This document shows positions 39,042 through 49,243 of a stretch of 64,000 nt of DNA, piece after piece. Under the pieces are notes generated by a model that worked only from the letters and a program-made list of their open reading frames with translations, was not told the origin of the DNA and did not search any database. The stretch comes from Acidobacteriota bacterium (GTDB lineage Bacteria > Acidobacteriota > UBA890 > WLXD01). Position 1 is the stretch's first letter. Each line of letters opens with the position of its first letter. The DNA is taken from positions 3,776,001 through 3,840,000 of the forward strand of contig CBDFKD010000002.1 in assembly GCA_965248695.1 (NCBI GenBank). Direction: 5' to 3'. The position numbers and the translations under genes are program-made.

Positions 39042-41384
39042 GTGGCCACCGTGTTCTGCACACCTGAAACAGTCCCTCGGCACGCGCCCGCCAGGCGCGT
39101 CGTCATCGCCTGGTTGGCCGCCGCGCTGATCGTGCCCGCCGCGTCGGAGGCTCAGTCGAAGCCACCGGCGCAGACGGACGGGGCCGGCAACAGCTCTCGG
39201 GTCGCGCCCGCCGGGAGCGACGAGTGGAACGACCTCGCGGTCACCGAGGCGGACCGTCTGTATCAGGTCGTCGCGGTGCGGGCATCCGTACCGCCGGACG
39301 TCGACGGCCTGCTCGATGACACGGTGTGGGATGAAGCCGAGCCGCTGGCGCGCTTCGTCCAGGCTCAGCCGGACGAAGGCGCGGATGCGAGCGAGCGCAT
39401 GGAAGTTCGTGTGCTGTACGACGACGAGGCGATCTACATCGGCGCTCGATTGTGGGACTCGTCGCCGCGCGACGTGGTCGCCTCGGTGCTGCGGCGCGAT
39501 GAGGACCACAGAGACAACGACGCGTTCGCGGTAACCCTCGATACCTACCACGACCATCGCAACGGCTACTTCTTCGAGACCAACGCGTTGGGCGCGCGGT
39601 TCGATGCGCAGATCATCGGCGAGGGCGGCACCGCACTTTGGGGGGGGGTCAGCGCCACCTTCAACAGAGACTGGGATGCGATCTGGTCGGCGGCTGGACA
39701 TCGCGACGACGAGGGCTGGTCGGTCGAGCTCGCCATCCCGTTTTGGGTGCTGCGCTTCGATCGCGACAACATGCGGGCGTGGGGCATCAACTTCCGGCGC
39801 ACGCTCAAGCGCAACTCGGAGCAGGCCTTCTGGGCGCCGGTGCCACGGCAATACGATGCCACACGGCTGTCGATGTCGGGGATGTTGGTCGGCATGCAGG
39901 CGGTTGACCGGCCGCGGAACCTCCAGGTCAAGCCGTTCGCGCTCGGCGATGTCGGACAGATCGGCAACGGACCGATAACGAGCCCGTTCTCATCGCACTT
40001 CACCGACTCTTCCGCGGATGCGGGCGTCGATATCAAGTGGATCGCCACACCGAACCTGACCGTCGACGCGACGCTCAACACCGACTTCGCGCAGGTCGAG
40101 GCCGACGACGTGCAGGTCAACCTCACGCGCTTTCCGCTGTTCTTCCCGGAGAAACGCGAGTTCTTCCTCGAGAACGCCGGCCTCTTCCAGTTCGGCAGCA
40201 GCGGTGTCCGCGACGGTGCCAGGGTGATCGGGTTTCACTCGCGCACAATCGGGATCTTTCAGGGTGGCGAGGTGCCGATCCTCGGCGGGGTACGCTTGAC
40301 CGGCAAGGCCGGCGGCTGGAACATCGGCGCGTTGACCATGCAGACCGACGCCGTGGATAGCTTGCAGCTGGGATCCGAGAACCACGGCGTGTTGCGAGTG
40401 CGCCGCGAGCTCGGCAGCCGCTCCAGCATCGGCATGCTGTTCACCAACCGGCACGAGAGCGGCACGAGCTACAACCGCTCCCTGGGCTTCGACGGGCGCT
40501 GGGCGATCGGCTCGGGGGCAACCGTCGATGGGTGGTGGATGAAGACCGAGACGCCGGGCGTCGAGTCCGGCACCGATTCGGCCGGTGCGGTGAAGTTCGA
40601 GTGGGCCAACTCGCGATTCACCGTCAACGGATCGGCGATGGACGTCGGCGACGCTTTCAACCCCGGTTTGGGCTTCGTCAACCGCGTCGGGCTGCGCTCG
40701 TACAGCACCACGGCGACCTGGTCGCCCTACTACCCGGAATCCCCGTGGGTACGCAACCTGGCCCCACACGTGGGGCTGTCTTATGTGACTGATCGTGCCA
40801 ACCGGCTGATCACACGGCGCGAGCACTACGACTTCGACCTGTTCCTGCGCCGCGGCGACAAGCTCAGCATCGAGAACAACCGGCGCTTCGAGCAGCTCGA
40901 CCTGCCCTTCGAGATCGTCCCGGGTGTGGTCATACCGCCGGGCGCCTACCACTTCAACGAGATCCACCTGGAGGCGCAATCGGACAAGAGCCGCCCAGTT
41001 TGGGGAACGGTGAACTACACGTTCGGCGACTTCTGGGACGGAACCCGGGATGTCTGGAAGCTCGAGGCCGGTGCGCGCATCGGTGCTCGCTTCGCGGCGC
41101 GAGTGTCGCTGGATCGCAACGACGTACAGCTCCCGGGCGGCGACTTCGTCGCCGACATTTGGCGCGCTCGAATCGGCTATGACTTCAACACCCGCCTGTT
41201 TCTGTCCGGGCTGTTCCAGTACGACAACATCACCGATCGGTTCCTCAGCAACGTCCGCGTGAATTTCATCCACACGCCGGGGGCGGACCTGTTTCTCGTG
41301 TACAACGAGCGCCGGTTGATCGAAGATCCGACGCTAATCGACCGCTCGATCATCCTCAAGGTGACCCAGCTATTCCGCCTCTAG
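39042..41384 (+). CDS. DUF5916/CBM9-like outer-membrane protein
   Basis: DG.LDD..W, LDTYHD, GWSVELAIPF, NTDFAQVEAD, FFPEKREFFLE motifs; beta-strand-rich C-terminus. Confidence 0.85.
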   Translation: MATVFCTPETVPRHAPARRVVIAWLAAALIVPAASEAQSKPPAQTDGAGNSSRVAPAGSDEWNDLAVTEADRLYQVVAVRASVPPDVDGLLDDTVWDEAEPLARFVQAQPDEGADASERMEVRVLYDDEAIYIGARLWDSSPRDVVASVLRRDEDHRDNDAFAVTLDTYHDHRNGYFFETNALGARFDAQIIGEGGTALWGGVSATFNRDWDAIWSAAGHRDDEGWSVELAIPFWVLRFDRDNMRAWGINFRRTLKRNSEQAFWAPVPRQYDATRLSMSGMLVGMQAVDRPRNLQVKPFALGDVGQIGNGPITSPFSSHFTDSSADAGVDIKWIATPNLTVDATLNTDFAQVEADDVQVNLTRFPLFFPEKREFFLENAGLFQFGSSGVRDGARVIGFHSRTIGIFQGGEVPILGGVRLTGKAGGWNIGALTMQTDAVDSLQLGSENHGVLRVRRELGSRSSIGMLFTNRHESGTSYNRSLGFDGRWAIGSGATVDGWWMKTETPGVESGTDSAGAVKFEWANSRFTVNGSAMDVGDAFNPGLGFVNRVGLRSYSTTATWSPYYPESPWVRNLAPHVGLSYVTDRANRLITRREHYDFDLFLRRGDKLSIENNRRFEQLDLPFEIVPGVVIPPGAYHFNEIHLEAQSDKSRPVWGTVNYTFGDFWDGTRDVWKLEAGARIGARFAARVSLDRNDVQLPGGDFVADIWRARIGYDFNTRLFLSGLFQYDNITDRFLSNVRVNFIHTPGADLFLVYNERRLIEDPTLIDRSIILKVTQLFRL

Positions 41385-41411
41385 GGCCTCCCGACCGTTC
41401 AGGAACCGGGG

Positions 41412-42250
41412 TTATGCACCACTGGGTTCTCGAGCCGCAGGCCGGCGTCCTGCTCCGCGGCGTAGCCCTGCAGGTCTTGGAACTCCGGCGGCGGTCTGGA
41501 GATAAAGCGACAGCCGCACGCGACCGGGGGCGCTCAGTTGGATCGGTACCTCGACTCGCTCTCCCGGCGCCGCAAGCACGACGGTCTCCGATCGGCCTTC
41601 TGCATCGGTGCGCACGTGTAGCGTCCCGGAGCTCGGCAGCGGTCGTCCATAAGGGTCGACGCGGCGCAGGGACAGCATTGCCCCGGGGTTCAAGTCGAGC
41701 TCGAAGTCGGCCCCTGACAGGTAGGGGAGGATCAGACCCCGTCCACCCCCGGGGGTTCCAGGCGTGGCAGGGCGGTCACGGTGGGGTCGAAGAAACGGAT
41801 GCTGTCGACGGCGAATCGTAACGAGGTGCCGGTGGAGCGCTCGTCGTCGGGAGGTCGGTCGAACTCCAGGGAGAGCTCGTTGGCACCCACGCTCAGGAAA
41901 CGGGTCGGCAACGGCACCACGTAGTCTTGCCAACCCGCCAGCACGTCCACGGACGTGGGCAGCGTCACGCCGTTGTGCCGCAAGAAAAGGGTCGAGACTA
42001 CCGGCGTTTCACCGACCACGTGTGGCCGCGCACGGATCCGCAGGCGATGCGGTTGGGATTCGATCTGAAAGAACCGAATCGAGGCCTGCGACCCGCGCGC
42101 CCACACGAACGTCTCGTCCTCGCGCTGGGCCCAGCGCTCGTCGATGGGCGACCAGCCATCAACGAGGTGGCGGCGCGCCGCTGGACTCCCGAGGTCGATT
42201 GTCTCGGTCTCGACGAAGATATCGGCCGTTTGATCGGCCAATCCGAGGAA
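41412..42250 (-). pseudogene. Frameshifted fragment resembling N-terminal accessory domains of large sulfatase-like proteins
   Basis: IDLGS...HL..GWS..E...FVW.. segment (41732-42241) continues in another frame (LILPYLSGADFELDL) after a G/C run near 41745; no start or catalytic domain. Confidence 0.45.
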
Positions 42251-42266
42251 ACGGACTCCACGCCGG

Positions 42267-42687
42267 TCACGCGTTTACAGCGTCATCTAAGGCGTCGGCG
42301 ACGGCTTCGAGTTGCTGGCGAGAGATACCAGCGGTTTCCATCGCGCGGAATAGCGCAGGTCGAAGCCGGGCTTCCATCGCACGCACGACCTCGCCCGTCT
42401 TCATGTCGCGCCACTGGTCCGGCGAGCGGTTCTTCAAAAAGAAGATCATCGCCGTTACGTTGCCACCCAACGCTTTGGCGTGCAGAGCGTTCTCAACCGC
42501 ACCGACAGCACCCCGCTGGGCATCCCCAACCTGTTCTCTGAACTCGGGGTGTTTCTGCTCATGGTCGTATAGCGTCTGGCGATGACACCCCGACGACGGT
42601 CGCAGCTTCAGCCTTCCCCATGCCGGCTTTGATCGCTTTGACGACATCGTTCTTTTTAATGTCGTCAAGTTTGACGCATCTCCGCAC
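42267..42687 (-). pseudogene. Phage terminase small subunit-like HTH gene, frameshifted
   Basis: KAIKAGMGKAEAATVVG / CHRQTLYDH...VENALHAKALGGNVTAMIFFLKNR.P..WRD; frameshift at the C4 run near 42588. Confidence 0.65.
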
Positions 42688-42939
42688 CGGTGTGGTCTGG
42701 CCGTGGTCTTTGCAATGGTTGCTACCGAGCACAGCCGGTTTCTTACACCGGCCGCCCCGTGCTGTGATCCCTTACATCGCACGGCGTCTATCCCACTCGA
42801 TCCTACTGACTGGGTCATCGCTGTCCTGCCCATCGTGACCGCAGGGGAGATGGATCCCGCCATCGCCGCGCTGAACAAAGGCCTGGCCCTGACGCTGACG
42901 GCGCGACTGGCGCGGCTCTCCCGCAAGTACGGCCCTACA

Positions 42940-43055
42940 GCACCGACGGCTTTCGCGACCTCGCTGTCCGTTTTTCCTGCCAACAGCAGATCGATGGCGT
43001 TCGCTTGGCGGACTGACAATTCCTTCTGTCGGGATGGGTCGGGTTTCGTCGGCAT
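42940..43055 (-). pseudogene. Truncated phage-type helix-turn-helix protein
   Basis: LSVRQANAIDLLLAGKTDSEVAKAVG, then an abrupt change to unrelated sequence. Confidence 0.5.
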
Positions 43056-43156
43056 CGTCAACTTGTTGGACTGTCCGGCTCTATCGCTCGCCGGGGTTGG
43101 GCATCGTGACACCTCGGACAGATTGTGACACGAGTAACGTGGCCTGATCTATCCCG

Positions 43157-43357
43157 ATCGAGAAAGGCGACTACGCCGACCTCGTCTTGTTCGACCCGGC
43201 GACGGTGATCGATCGCTCCACGGTCGAGGAGCCGCACCTTTCGTCGGCCGGAATTGATACTGTCTGGGTCAACGGGCAGATCGTGTACCAAAACGGAGAG
43301 ACCACTGGGAACCGGCCCGGGATGCCGATTCGCCGGGTTTCCGAAGGAGGAGGATGA
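43157..43357 (+). pseudogene. 3' fragment of N-acyl-D-amino-acid deacylase (amidohydrolase)
   Basis: Hand translation: IEKGDYADLVLFDPATVIDRST.EEP....GIDTVWVNGQIV...G.RPG; stop overlaps the next ATG. Confidence 0.78.
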
Positions 43358-44517
43358 TGTCTGAGCGCATGACGCGCCGCGCCGCGACGAAGGCCGGTGC
43401 GATCGTCGCCGGATCGATGGTGGTCGGTGTGCCGAATTGGGCGCTGGCCGCGATGTCGCAAGACGAAACGGTTCCGTTCACCGACATGCCGGACGGGTTC
43501 GAAACCAACCCGACGCCAATCGTTCGGTTCGTAGATATCCGCGAGATCGACGAATTCTTTACGCCGGCCGACCAGTTCTTCACCGTTCAGCACTACGGGC
43601 ATCCTGAAGTGGACGCCGCGACCCACGAGCTCGAGATCAGCGGGCAAGTGTCGCGGCCTCAGAAGCTGTCTATGGCGGACATCCGTCGACGCCCGCGCAC
43701 GGAGCTGGCCTGCGCGTTCGAGTGCTCCGGCAACAGCCGCCGCCGCTTCCACGGGCTGGTCAGCAACGGCCGCTGGGGCGGTACGAGTCTGCGCGCGTTG
43801 CTCGACGAGGTGGGCGTCGAGCCGGCCGGCAAGGAAGTGGTCTTCTTCGGTGCCGATGTGGGAACCGAGACGATCGAGAAGCGGGGTAGTAGCTGGCTGG
43901 TCGATCAGCAATACGCCCGCAGCATGTCGCTCGAAGACGCCATGCGCGAGGACACCGTGCTGGTGTACGAGCTCAACGGCGAGCCGCTGAGCATCCATCA
44001 GGGAGCGCCGCTGCGGCTGATCATCCCGGGCTGGTACGGCGTTGCCCAGGTCAAATGGCTCAAGCAGATCCACGTGCAGGAAGGCCGATTCATGGGCAAG
44101 TTCATGGCCAACCACTACGTCACGCTGACGGCCAAGCAGGTGGGAGGCAGCCTCAAGTACATGGAGACCTCGGTCACCCGCATCCAGCTGAAGTCGGCCA
44201 TCGCCCGGGTCACGCGCGCTGCCGACCATCACACCGTGCACGGGTTCGCCTTGACCGACGGGACGCCGCTGGCTCGGGTGGAGGTGAAGATCGACGACGG
44301 GCCCTGGGAGCAAGTGACGCTGGATCCGCGCAATACGAAGTACTCCTGGAAGCTCTTTGCCTACCGTTGGGAAGGTGCCACGGCAGGGGAGCACACCGTC
44401 GTGTCGCGCGCCATCGATGCGAATGGCAGGGTACAGCCGGTGCTGGAGGACCTGGCCGAGAAGAGGACCAGCTGGGAGAACAACGCCCAGTTCGCGCGCA
44501 CGGTAATGATCTCGTGA
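43354..44517 (+). CDS. Sulfite oxidase family molybdopterin oxidoreductase
   Basis: FECSGN Mo-Cys motif, YARS, HQGAPLRLIIPGWYG..VKWL, SRA.D..G..QP; TRR-containing leader (Tat-like, non-canonical). Confidence 0.9.
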   Translation: MMSERMTRRAATKAGAIVAGSMVVGVPNWALAAMSQDETVPFTDMPDGFETNPTPIVRFVDIREIDEFFTPADQFFTVQHYGHPEVDAATHELEISGQVSRPQKLSMADIRRRPRTELACAFECSGNSRRRFHGLVSNGRWGGTSLRALLDEVGVEPAGKEVVFFGADVGTETIEKRGSSWLVDQQYARSMSLEDAMREDTVLVYELNGEPLSIHQGAPLRLIIPGWYGVAQVKWLKQIHVQEGRFMGKFMANHYVTLTAKQVGGSLKYMETSVTRIQLKSAIARVTRAADHHTVHGFALTDGTPLARVEVKIDDGPWEQVTLDPRNTKYSWKLFAYRWEGATAGEHTVVSRAIDANGRVQPVLEDLAEKRTSWENNAQFARTVMIS

Positions 44518-44589
44518 CACGCGGCGCTCGCGGCGCGCTCGCGGCCACGCTAGCCGCGTTGTTCGTGACCGGCTCGGCCGCCCGGTTCC

Positions 44590-45190
44590 AGGTGGACACG
44601 GAGCCGCTGGCGCTCCCTTCGAGGAGCCGACGGGTCGTGCAGCAGGCCGGACAGGGACGCTACGTACCTACGGGGCATCTCGTGTATCACGAGCGGGAAC
44701 CCTGTTTGCCGTCGCGTTTGATCTGGGAGAGCTGGAAGTGAAGGGCTCGGCGGTATCCCATCGTGCAGGGGCTTGCCACCTTTGGGCGATTGGATATCGG
44801 ACAGCTCAGCTTCTCAAGTACAGGAACACTGGCCTATCTGAGCGAGGCCGTTGCTCAGGGGTATCCCGTCGTATGGGTAAACCGGCAGGGCAACACGACA
44901 CCGCTGTGGGATGAGCCTGGCTTCTACTTTTCTCCTCGGTTGTCGCCGGACGGCACACGGCTGGCCGTGGCAAAAACCTCGCGCAACGCAAACGCTGACG
45001 TGTGGATCTATGACATCCAGCGGGGTGTGCCGACAAGGCTGACGTTTGATGAAGCGGTCGACAGCTAACCTGTTTGGTCGCCCGACGGGCAGTTTCTCGC
45101 ATTCCTGTCGAACTGCGACGGAACACAGAACATCTAACGGACTCGTGCCGACGGCTCGGGAACTGTCGAGCGGCTGATAGAGAGCGACAT
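44590..45190 (+). pseudogene. Degraded PD40/TolB-like propeller (C-terminus of a Ser/Thr kinase-type protein)
   Basis: YVPTGHLVY, PRLSPDG.RLAV, DVWIYD..RG..TRLTF, PVWSPDG fragments broken by frameshifts and TAA stops. Confidence 0.72.
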
Positions 45191-45384
45191 GGTACCCTTC
45201 CCGAATTGGGGGCCAGGCCGGTTGACGCTGGGGAGGCTCCTGACGGTGCCTCCGTTGGATCTCGCACGCTCCGGCGATACGCTTCAGGCGACACTATATC
45301 TGGGAGGATTCTCGCAGGGCGGCGCCGCGTCCCGCCCACGGAAAGCGTCCCGCACCGCCCGGTCGATCGCCGCGACCCCTGACG

Positions 45385-47820
45385 ATGGAGGCGAGTAGGA
45401 TGCCGAGCTTCGAGCGCGGTCGGCGTGCGCCGCGACGTAGCAGGGTGCTGGCAGCGCTCGCCGCTGTCGCGTCCGTGTGGGCGATCGTCCTGCTGACGAT
45501 CGGCTGTGGCCCGGGAGCGTCCCCGGGGGCGCGCCTCGAGCAGCTCCGCGGCGACCGCAAGCTCAACGTCCTGCTGGTGACGCTCGACACGACGCGCGCC
45601 GATCGTCTCGGCGTGTACGGCTTCGACGAGGTCGACACACCTGTTATCGATGGTCTTGCCGCCCGCGGCGTCACCTTCATGCGCGCCTACGCCTCGACGC
45701 CGCTGACGCTGCCCTCGCACACGTCGCTGTTCACCGGGACCCACCCGCCCTACCACGGGGTGCGCGACAACGGCGTGCACGTCGCGCCGGAAGGTCTGCA
45801 AACCCTGGCCGAGAGCTTCCAGCAGGCCGGCTACCGCACCGGCGCCTTCGTCGGGGCCTTCGTCCTAGACTCTCGCTGGGGCCTGGCCCAGGGGTTCGAC
45901 CGCTACTTCGACGAGTTCGAGTTGCCCAAACAGCAAGAGATCTTTCTGGGCCGCGTGCAGCGTCCCGGATCGGAGGTCATCGATACCGCCCTGGCGTGGG
46001 CCCGCGAGGACGACACGACCCCGTTCCTCATGTGGGTGCACCTGTACGATCCGCACAGCCCGTACGAGCCGCCCGAGCCCTTCAGGTCGCGATACGCCGA
46101 CCGGCCCTACGTCGGTGAGATCGCCTGGACCGACTCCTTGGTCGGCAGGCTGACCTCGTGGCTGGACGACTCCGGCCAATCCGACGAGACCTACGTCGTG
46201 GTGGCAGCCGATCACGGCGAGGCTCTCGGTGAGCACGGGGAGAGCGAGCACGGGTTGCTGCTGTACGAGTCCGCCATCCGGGTACCGCTGATCATCGCCA
46301 CCCCGTTTGACGAGCCGCAGGGAATCCAGCGCCACGAGCTGGTCTCGTTGATCGACGTCATGCCGACCGTGCTGGAGTTGACCGGGCTGGAGACCCCCGA
46401 GGAAGTACACGGCAGCAGCCTGGTTCCTCTGTTTACCGAGGCGGCCGAGGTCGAGGGCAGGCCCGACGAGCGCGTCTATGCCGAGACCTTCTACCCGCGC
46501 CTGCATTTCGGCTGGAGCGAGCTCCAGGCGATCCTCGAGCCCACCCACAAGCTCATCATCTCGCCGGACCCCGAGCTCTACGATCTTCTGCAGGACCCCG
46601 AGGAACAGCAGAACCTCGCATCACAGCGCGCCGCCACGGCAGAGGCGCTGCGCCGGGAGGCCGAGGAGCTGGTGGCGCGGCTCGAGGAGAACGCCAACCC
46701 GGCGGACACTGTTACGCTCGACCAGGAGACTCTCCAGCGGCTCGCCGCACTAGGCTACATCGGCGGCTACAGCGCTGACGCGGACGACCCGGACGTCGAG
46801 CGCGCCAACCCGAAGGACAAAGTCGAGATCTACAACGACCTGCTCCTGGCCCGCGGTCTGACCGTCAATAACGAACTGGCCGAGGCCGAGGTGCTCCTGC
46901 GGGGGGTCATCGCCGAGGATGCCGGAGTGGTCGACGCGCACCAGTCGCTCGGCAACCTGCTCTTCGAGCAGCTCCGCTACGACGAAGCGATCGAGGCCTT
47001 CGAGACCGCACTCTCGATGCGGCCCGAAGATGCGGCCCTGGTGCTCTTTCTCACCAGCACGCAGATGCAGGCCGGCCGGATGAACGAGGCCGAGAAGGTG
47101 TTGCTGGACTTCATTGACGTAGTCGAGCCGCCGGATGCCCGGCTGTACATCAGCCTCGGGCGCATCAAGCAGACCAGGCGCTCATACGACGAGGCGGCGA
47201 CCTATTTCAACGAGGCGTTGCGCCTCAGCGAGGATGCTCCGGCGAACAACATCATGGCCGCCGCGCACGTCGGGCTTGGGGCCGTGCACCTGGCCGCCGG
47301 CCGCCCGCGCCTGGCGGAGGAACACCTGAACCTGGCGCGCGGCTTAAACGATACCCTCGCCGATCTGCACTACCAGCGCGGGTTGCTGTTCCAGACCCGG
47401 GGACAGCCGGACGAGGCGATCGCCGCCTACCGCCGCGAGCTCGAGAACGCGCCGGGCAACGTCGATGCCGCCTTCAAACTCGGCGTCATCTACCGCAACC
47501 GCGGCAACCTCGTCGAGGAGGAGCGCTACCTGCGTATGGCCCTCGAAATCGACCCGCAGTTCGCCAGTGGGCGCCTGTTCCTCGCCCGCATCTACCTGTT
47601 GAAGAACGAGCGTCTCGACGAGGCCGTGTCGCTCGTCGAGGGGGCGCTTGAGCGACTCGAGTCGTCGACTGCGCGTGGGGTGCCGCAAGAGATCATCAGG
47701 CAGGACCAGGCGCTGGGCCATCTCTTGCTCGCCGACATCTACAATCGACTCGGAAGAAACGAGCTGTCCAACCAGCACGCGCGTCTTGGGATGCAGCTGC
47801 GTACCGGGACACCGCGCTGA
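45385..47820 (+). CDS. Sulfatase-like hydrolase with C-terminal TPRs
   Basis: NVLLVTLDTTRAD, TLPSHTSLFTG, HLYDPH.PY, ADHGE.LGEHGE, L.ALGY, then TPRs. Confidence 0.9.
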   Translation: MEASRMPSFERGRRAPRRSRVLAALAAVASVWAIVLLTIGCGPGASPGARLEQLRGDRKLNVLLVTLDTTRADRLGVYGFDEVDTPVIDGLAARGVTFMRAYASTPLTLPSHTSLFTGTHPPYHGVRDNGVHVAPEGLQTLAESFQQAGYRTGAFVGAFVLDSRWGLAQGFDRYFDEFELPKQQEIFLGRVQRPGSEVIDTALAWAREDDTTPFLMWVHLYDPHSPYEPPEPFRSRYADRPYVGEIAWTDSLVGRLTSWLDDSGQSDETYVVVAADHGEALGEHGESEHGLLLYESAIRVPLIIATPFDEPQGIQRHELVSLIDVMPTVLELTGLETPEEVHGSSLVPLFTEAAEVEGRPDERVYAETFYPRLHFGWSELQAILEPTHKLIISPDPELYDLLQDPEEQQNLASQRAATAEALRREAEELVARLEENANPADTVTLDQETLQRLAALGYIGGYSADADDPDVERANPKDKVEIYNDLLLARGLTVNNELAEAEVLLRGVIAEDAGVVDAHQSLGNLLFEQLRYDEAIEAFETALSMRPEDAALVLFLTSTQMQAGRMNEAEKVLLDFIDVVEPPDARLYISLGRIKQTRRSYDEAATYFNEALRLSEDAPANNIMAAAHVGLGAVHLAAGRPRLAEEHLNLARGLNDTLADLHYQRGLLFQTRGQPDEAIAAYRRELENAPGNVDAAFKLGVIYRNRGNLVEEERYLRMALEIDPQFASGRLFLARIYLLKNERLDEAVSLVEGALERLESSTARGVPQEIIRQDQALGHLLLADIYNRLGRNELSNQHARLGMQLRTGTPR

Positions 47821-47822
47821 CG

Positions 47823-49055
47823 ATGCACGCGACGGTAGTGCGAATCAGCTTGCACGTCGTCGTCTGCTCTTTCCTGGCCGCTCCGATCCTCCGCGGCTCG
47901 AGTCCGGAGGCGTCGGCCTGGCCGGGTGGGTTGGATGCGCGCCCGGTAACCGGACAGGAAACGGAGACCGCGCAGACGCCAGCGGAGGAGTTCGACGAGG
48001 CGATGCAGGCCGGTGCGGCGGCGCTGCAGAACGGCGACTTCGAGTCGGTTCTCAGGGCGACGACGGCGTTCGAGCGAGCCCACGAGCTGCGTCCGGAGAA
48101 CGTCGAGACCTGCCTGGCGCTGGGTCGCGCCTACCGCCGTCTCACCCTCCATAACAAGACGATCGCGCTCGTCGACGAGTGTCAGGCCGCCGGTGGCCGT
48201 GACCCGAACCTCGAGCTGTTGAGGGGTCGGACGCTGCGGCAAATGGGCATGGGGTCGGAGGCGCGAGCCGCCTTCGAGGCGGCCACGATGGTCGGCGCCG
48301 TGGAAGCGCGCTTCGATCTCGGCATGCTGGCGTGGGCAGAGGGCGATCTCGACGTCGCGGTGGAGCAGCTCGAGGCGATGATCCGGCTGCGCCCGCGCCA
48401 AGCGCTGGCATACGTGCGCCTTGCCGAGGTGTACATCGATCGCCAGGAGCTCTCGGCCGCCGAGGAGCTGCTCCGACGTGTCCTCGGGATGCATGCCTGC
48501 TGCGCCGCGCAGGCGCACCAGCTGCTCGGTTCCGTTCTGTACAAGGCCGGGGACCTGGAGGGTGCGGTGACGCACGGGCGCGAGGCAAGCAAGCTCGACG
48601 CCGGGCTGAAACTGGCCCACTACAACCTGGCGCTAGCCCTTCGCGACAGCGGTCAGCGGGAGCAGGCCCGACAGATGATGCAGCGCTTCCAGGAGATGAC
48701 CAGGGCCGAGCGCCAGCGCGAGCTCCAGCAGAATCGCGCCATGCAGATCGGCGTGCTGAACGCGCAGGGGCTCTACTACTTCCGCCGAGACCATCCGGCC
48801 GAGGCGCTGGAGCTCTTCGAGACCGCGGTCTTGGTGGCGCCCGACGACGCATTGATCCACTTCAACATCGGCCTGTGCATGGCAGCACTCGGCCAGCACG
48901 AAGGTGCGATCACGGCACTGGAGCGGGCGCGCCAGCTCCAGCCGGAGCGTGCGGAGACGTACGAGGTTCTCGCCGCCGCCTACCGTGCGCTGGGCCGGGC
49001 GCGGGATGCACAGCGCATCGACGAGCTGCGCCAGCGGATCGAGAGACAGCACTGA
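47823..49055 (+). CDS. Tetratricopeptide repeat protein
   Basis: TPR repeats (AHYNLA, IHFNIG); signal peptide; starts 2 nt after the sulfatase stop. Confidence 0.82.
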   Translation: MHATVVRISLHVVVCSFLAAPILRGSSPEASAWPGGLDARPVTGQETETAQTPAEEFDEAMQAGAAALQNGDFESVLRATTAFERAHELRPENVETCLALGRAYRRLTLHNKTIALVDECQAAGGRDPNLELLRGRTLRQMGMGSEARAAFEAATMVGAVEARFDLGMLAWAEGDLDVAVEQLEAMIRLRPRQALAYVRLAEVYIDRQELSAAEELLRRVLGMHACCAAQAHQLLGSVLYKAGDLEGAVTHGREASKLDAGLKLAHYNLALALRDSGQREQARQMMQRFQEMTRAERQRELQQNRAMQIGVLNAQGLYYFRRDHPAEALELFETAVLVAPDDALIHFNIGLCMAALGQHEGAITALERARQLQPERAETYEVLAAAYRALGRARDAQRIDELRQRIERQH

Positions 49056-49133
49056 CGAGCTGCGTCAGCAGATCGAGGGACAGCATCGAGGGACAGCACT
49101 GACGAGCTGCGCCAGCAGATCGAACGACAGCAC
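49020..49133 (+). repeat. Imperfect tandem repeat, 3 x ~34 bp
   Basis: GACGAGCTGCG(C/T)CAGC(G/A)GATCGA..GACAGCAC at 49020, 49054 and 49101; the middle copy has an extra 13-bp ATCGAGGGACAGC. Confidence 0.85.
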
Positions 49134-49243
49134 CAGCAGGGTGCGGCTCAGTCAGCGATGGCCCTCGAGGTCATCGTCGATCCGCAGGGCCGGCTCCCGG
49201 CCCTGGATCACCGCACCCCACTTTGTCGTTGCGTGTCAGCGAA

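Noticed and set aside
42267-43112. 281-aa ORF as a single gene
   Set aside because: It is a chance in-frame join of an HTH stub, antisense of another fragment and the terminase-like tail.
45060-45140. Two TAA codons at apparent Tyr positions (DS*PVWSPDG, NI*R) as possible stop recoding
   Set aside because: The same region has frameshifts and lacks its 5' part, and TAA ends intact genes elsewhere (53900, 55949, 63158); ordinary decay.
49020-49133. CRISPR array
   Set aside because: Repeats are contiguous with no unique spacers, derive from coding sequence, and no cas genes are present.
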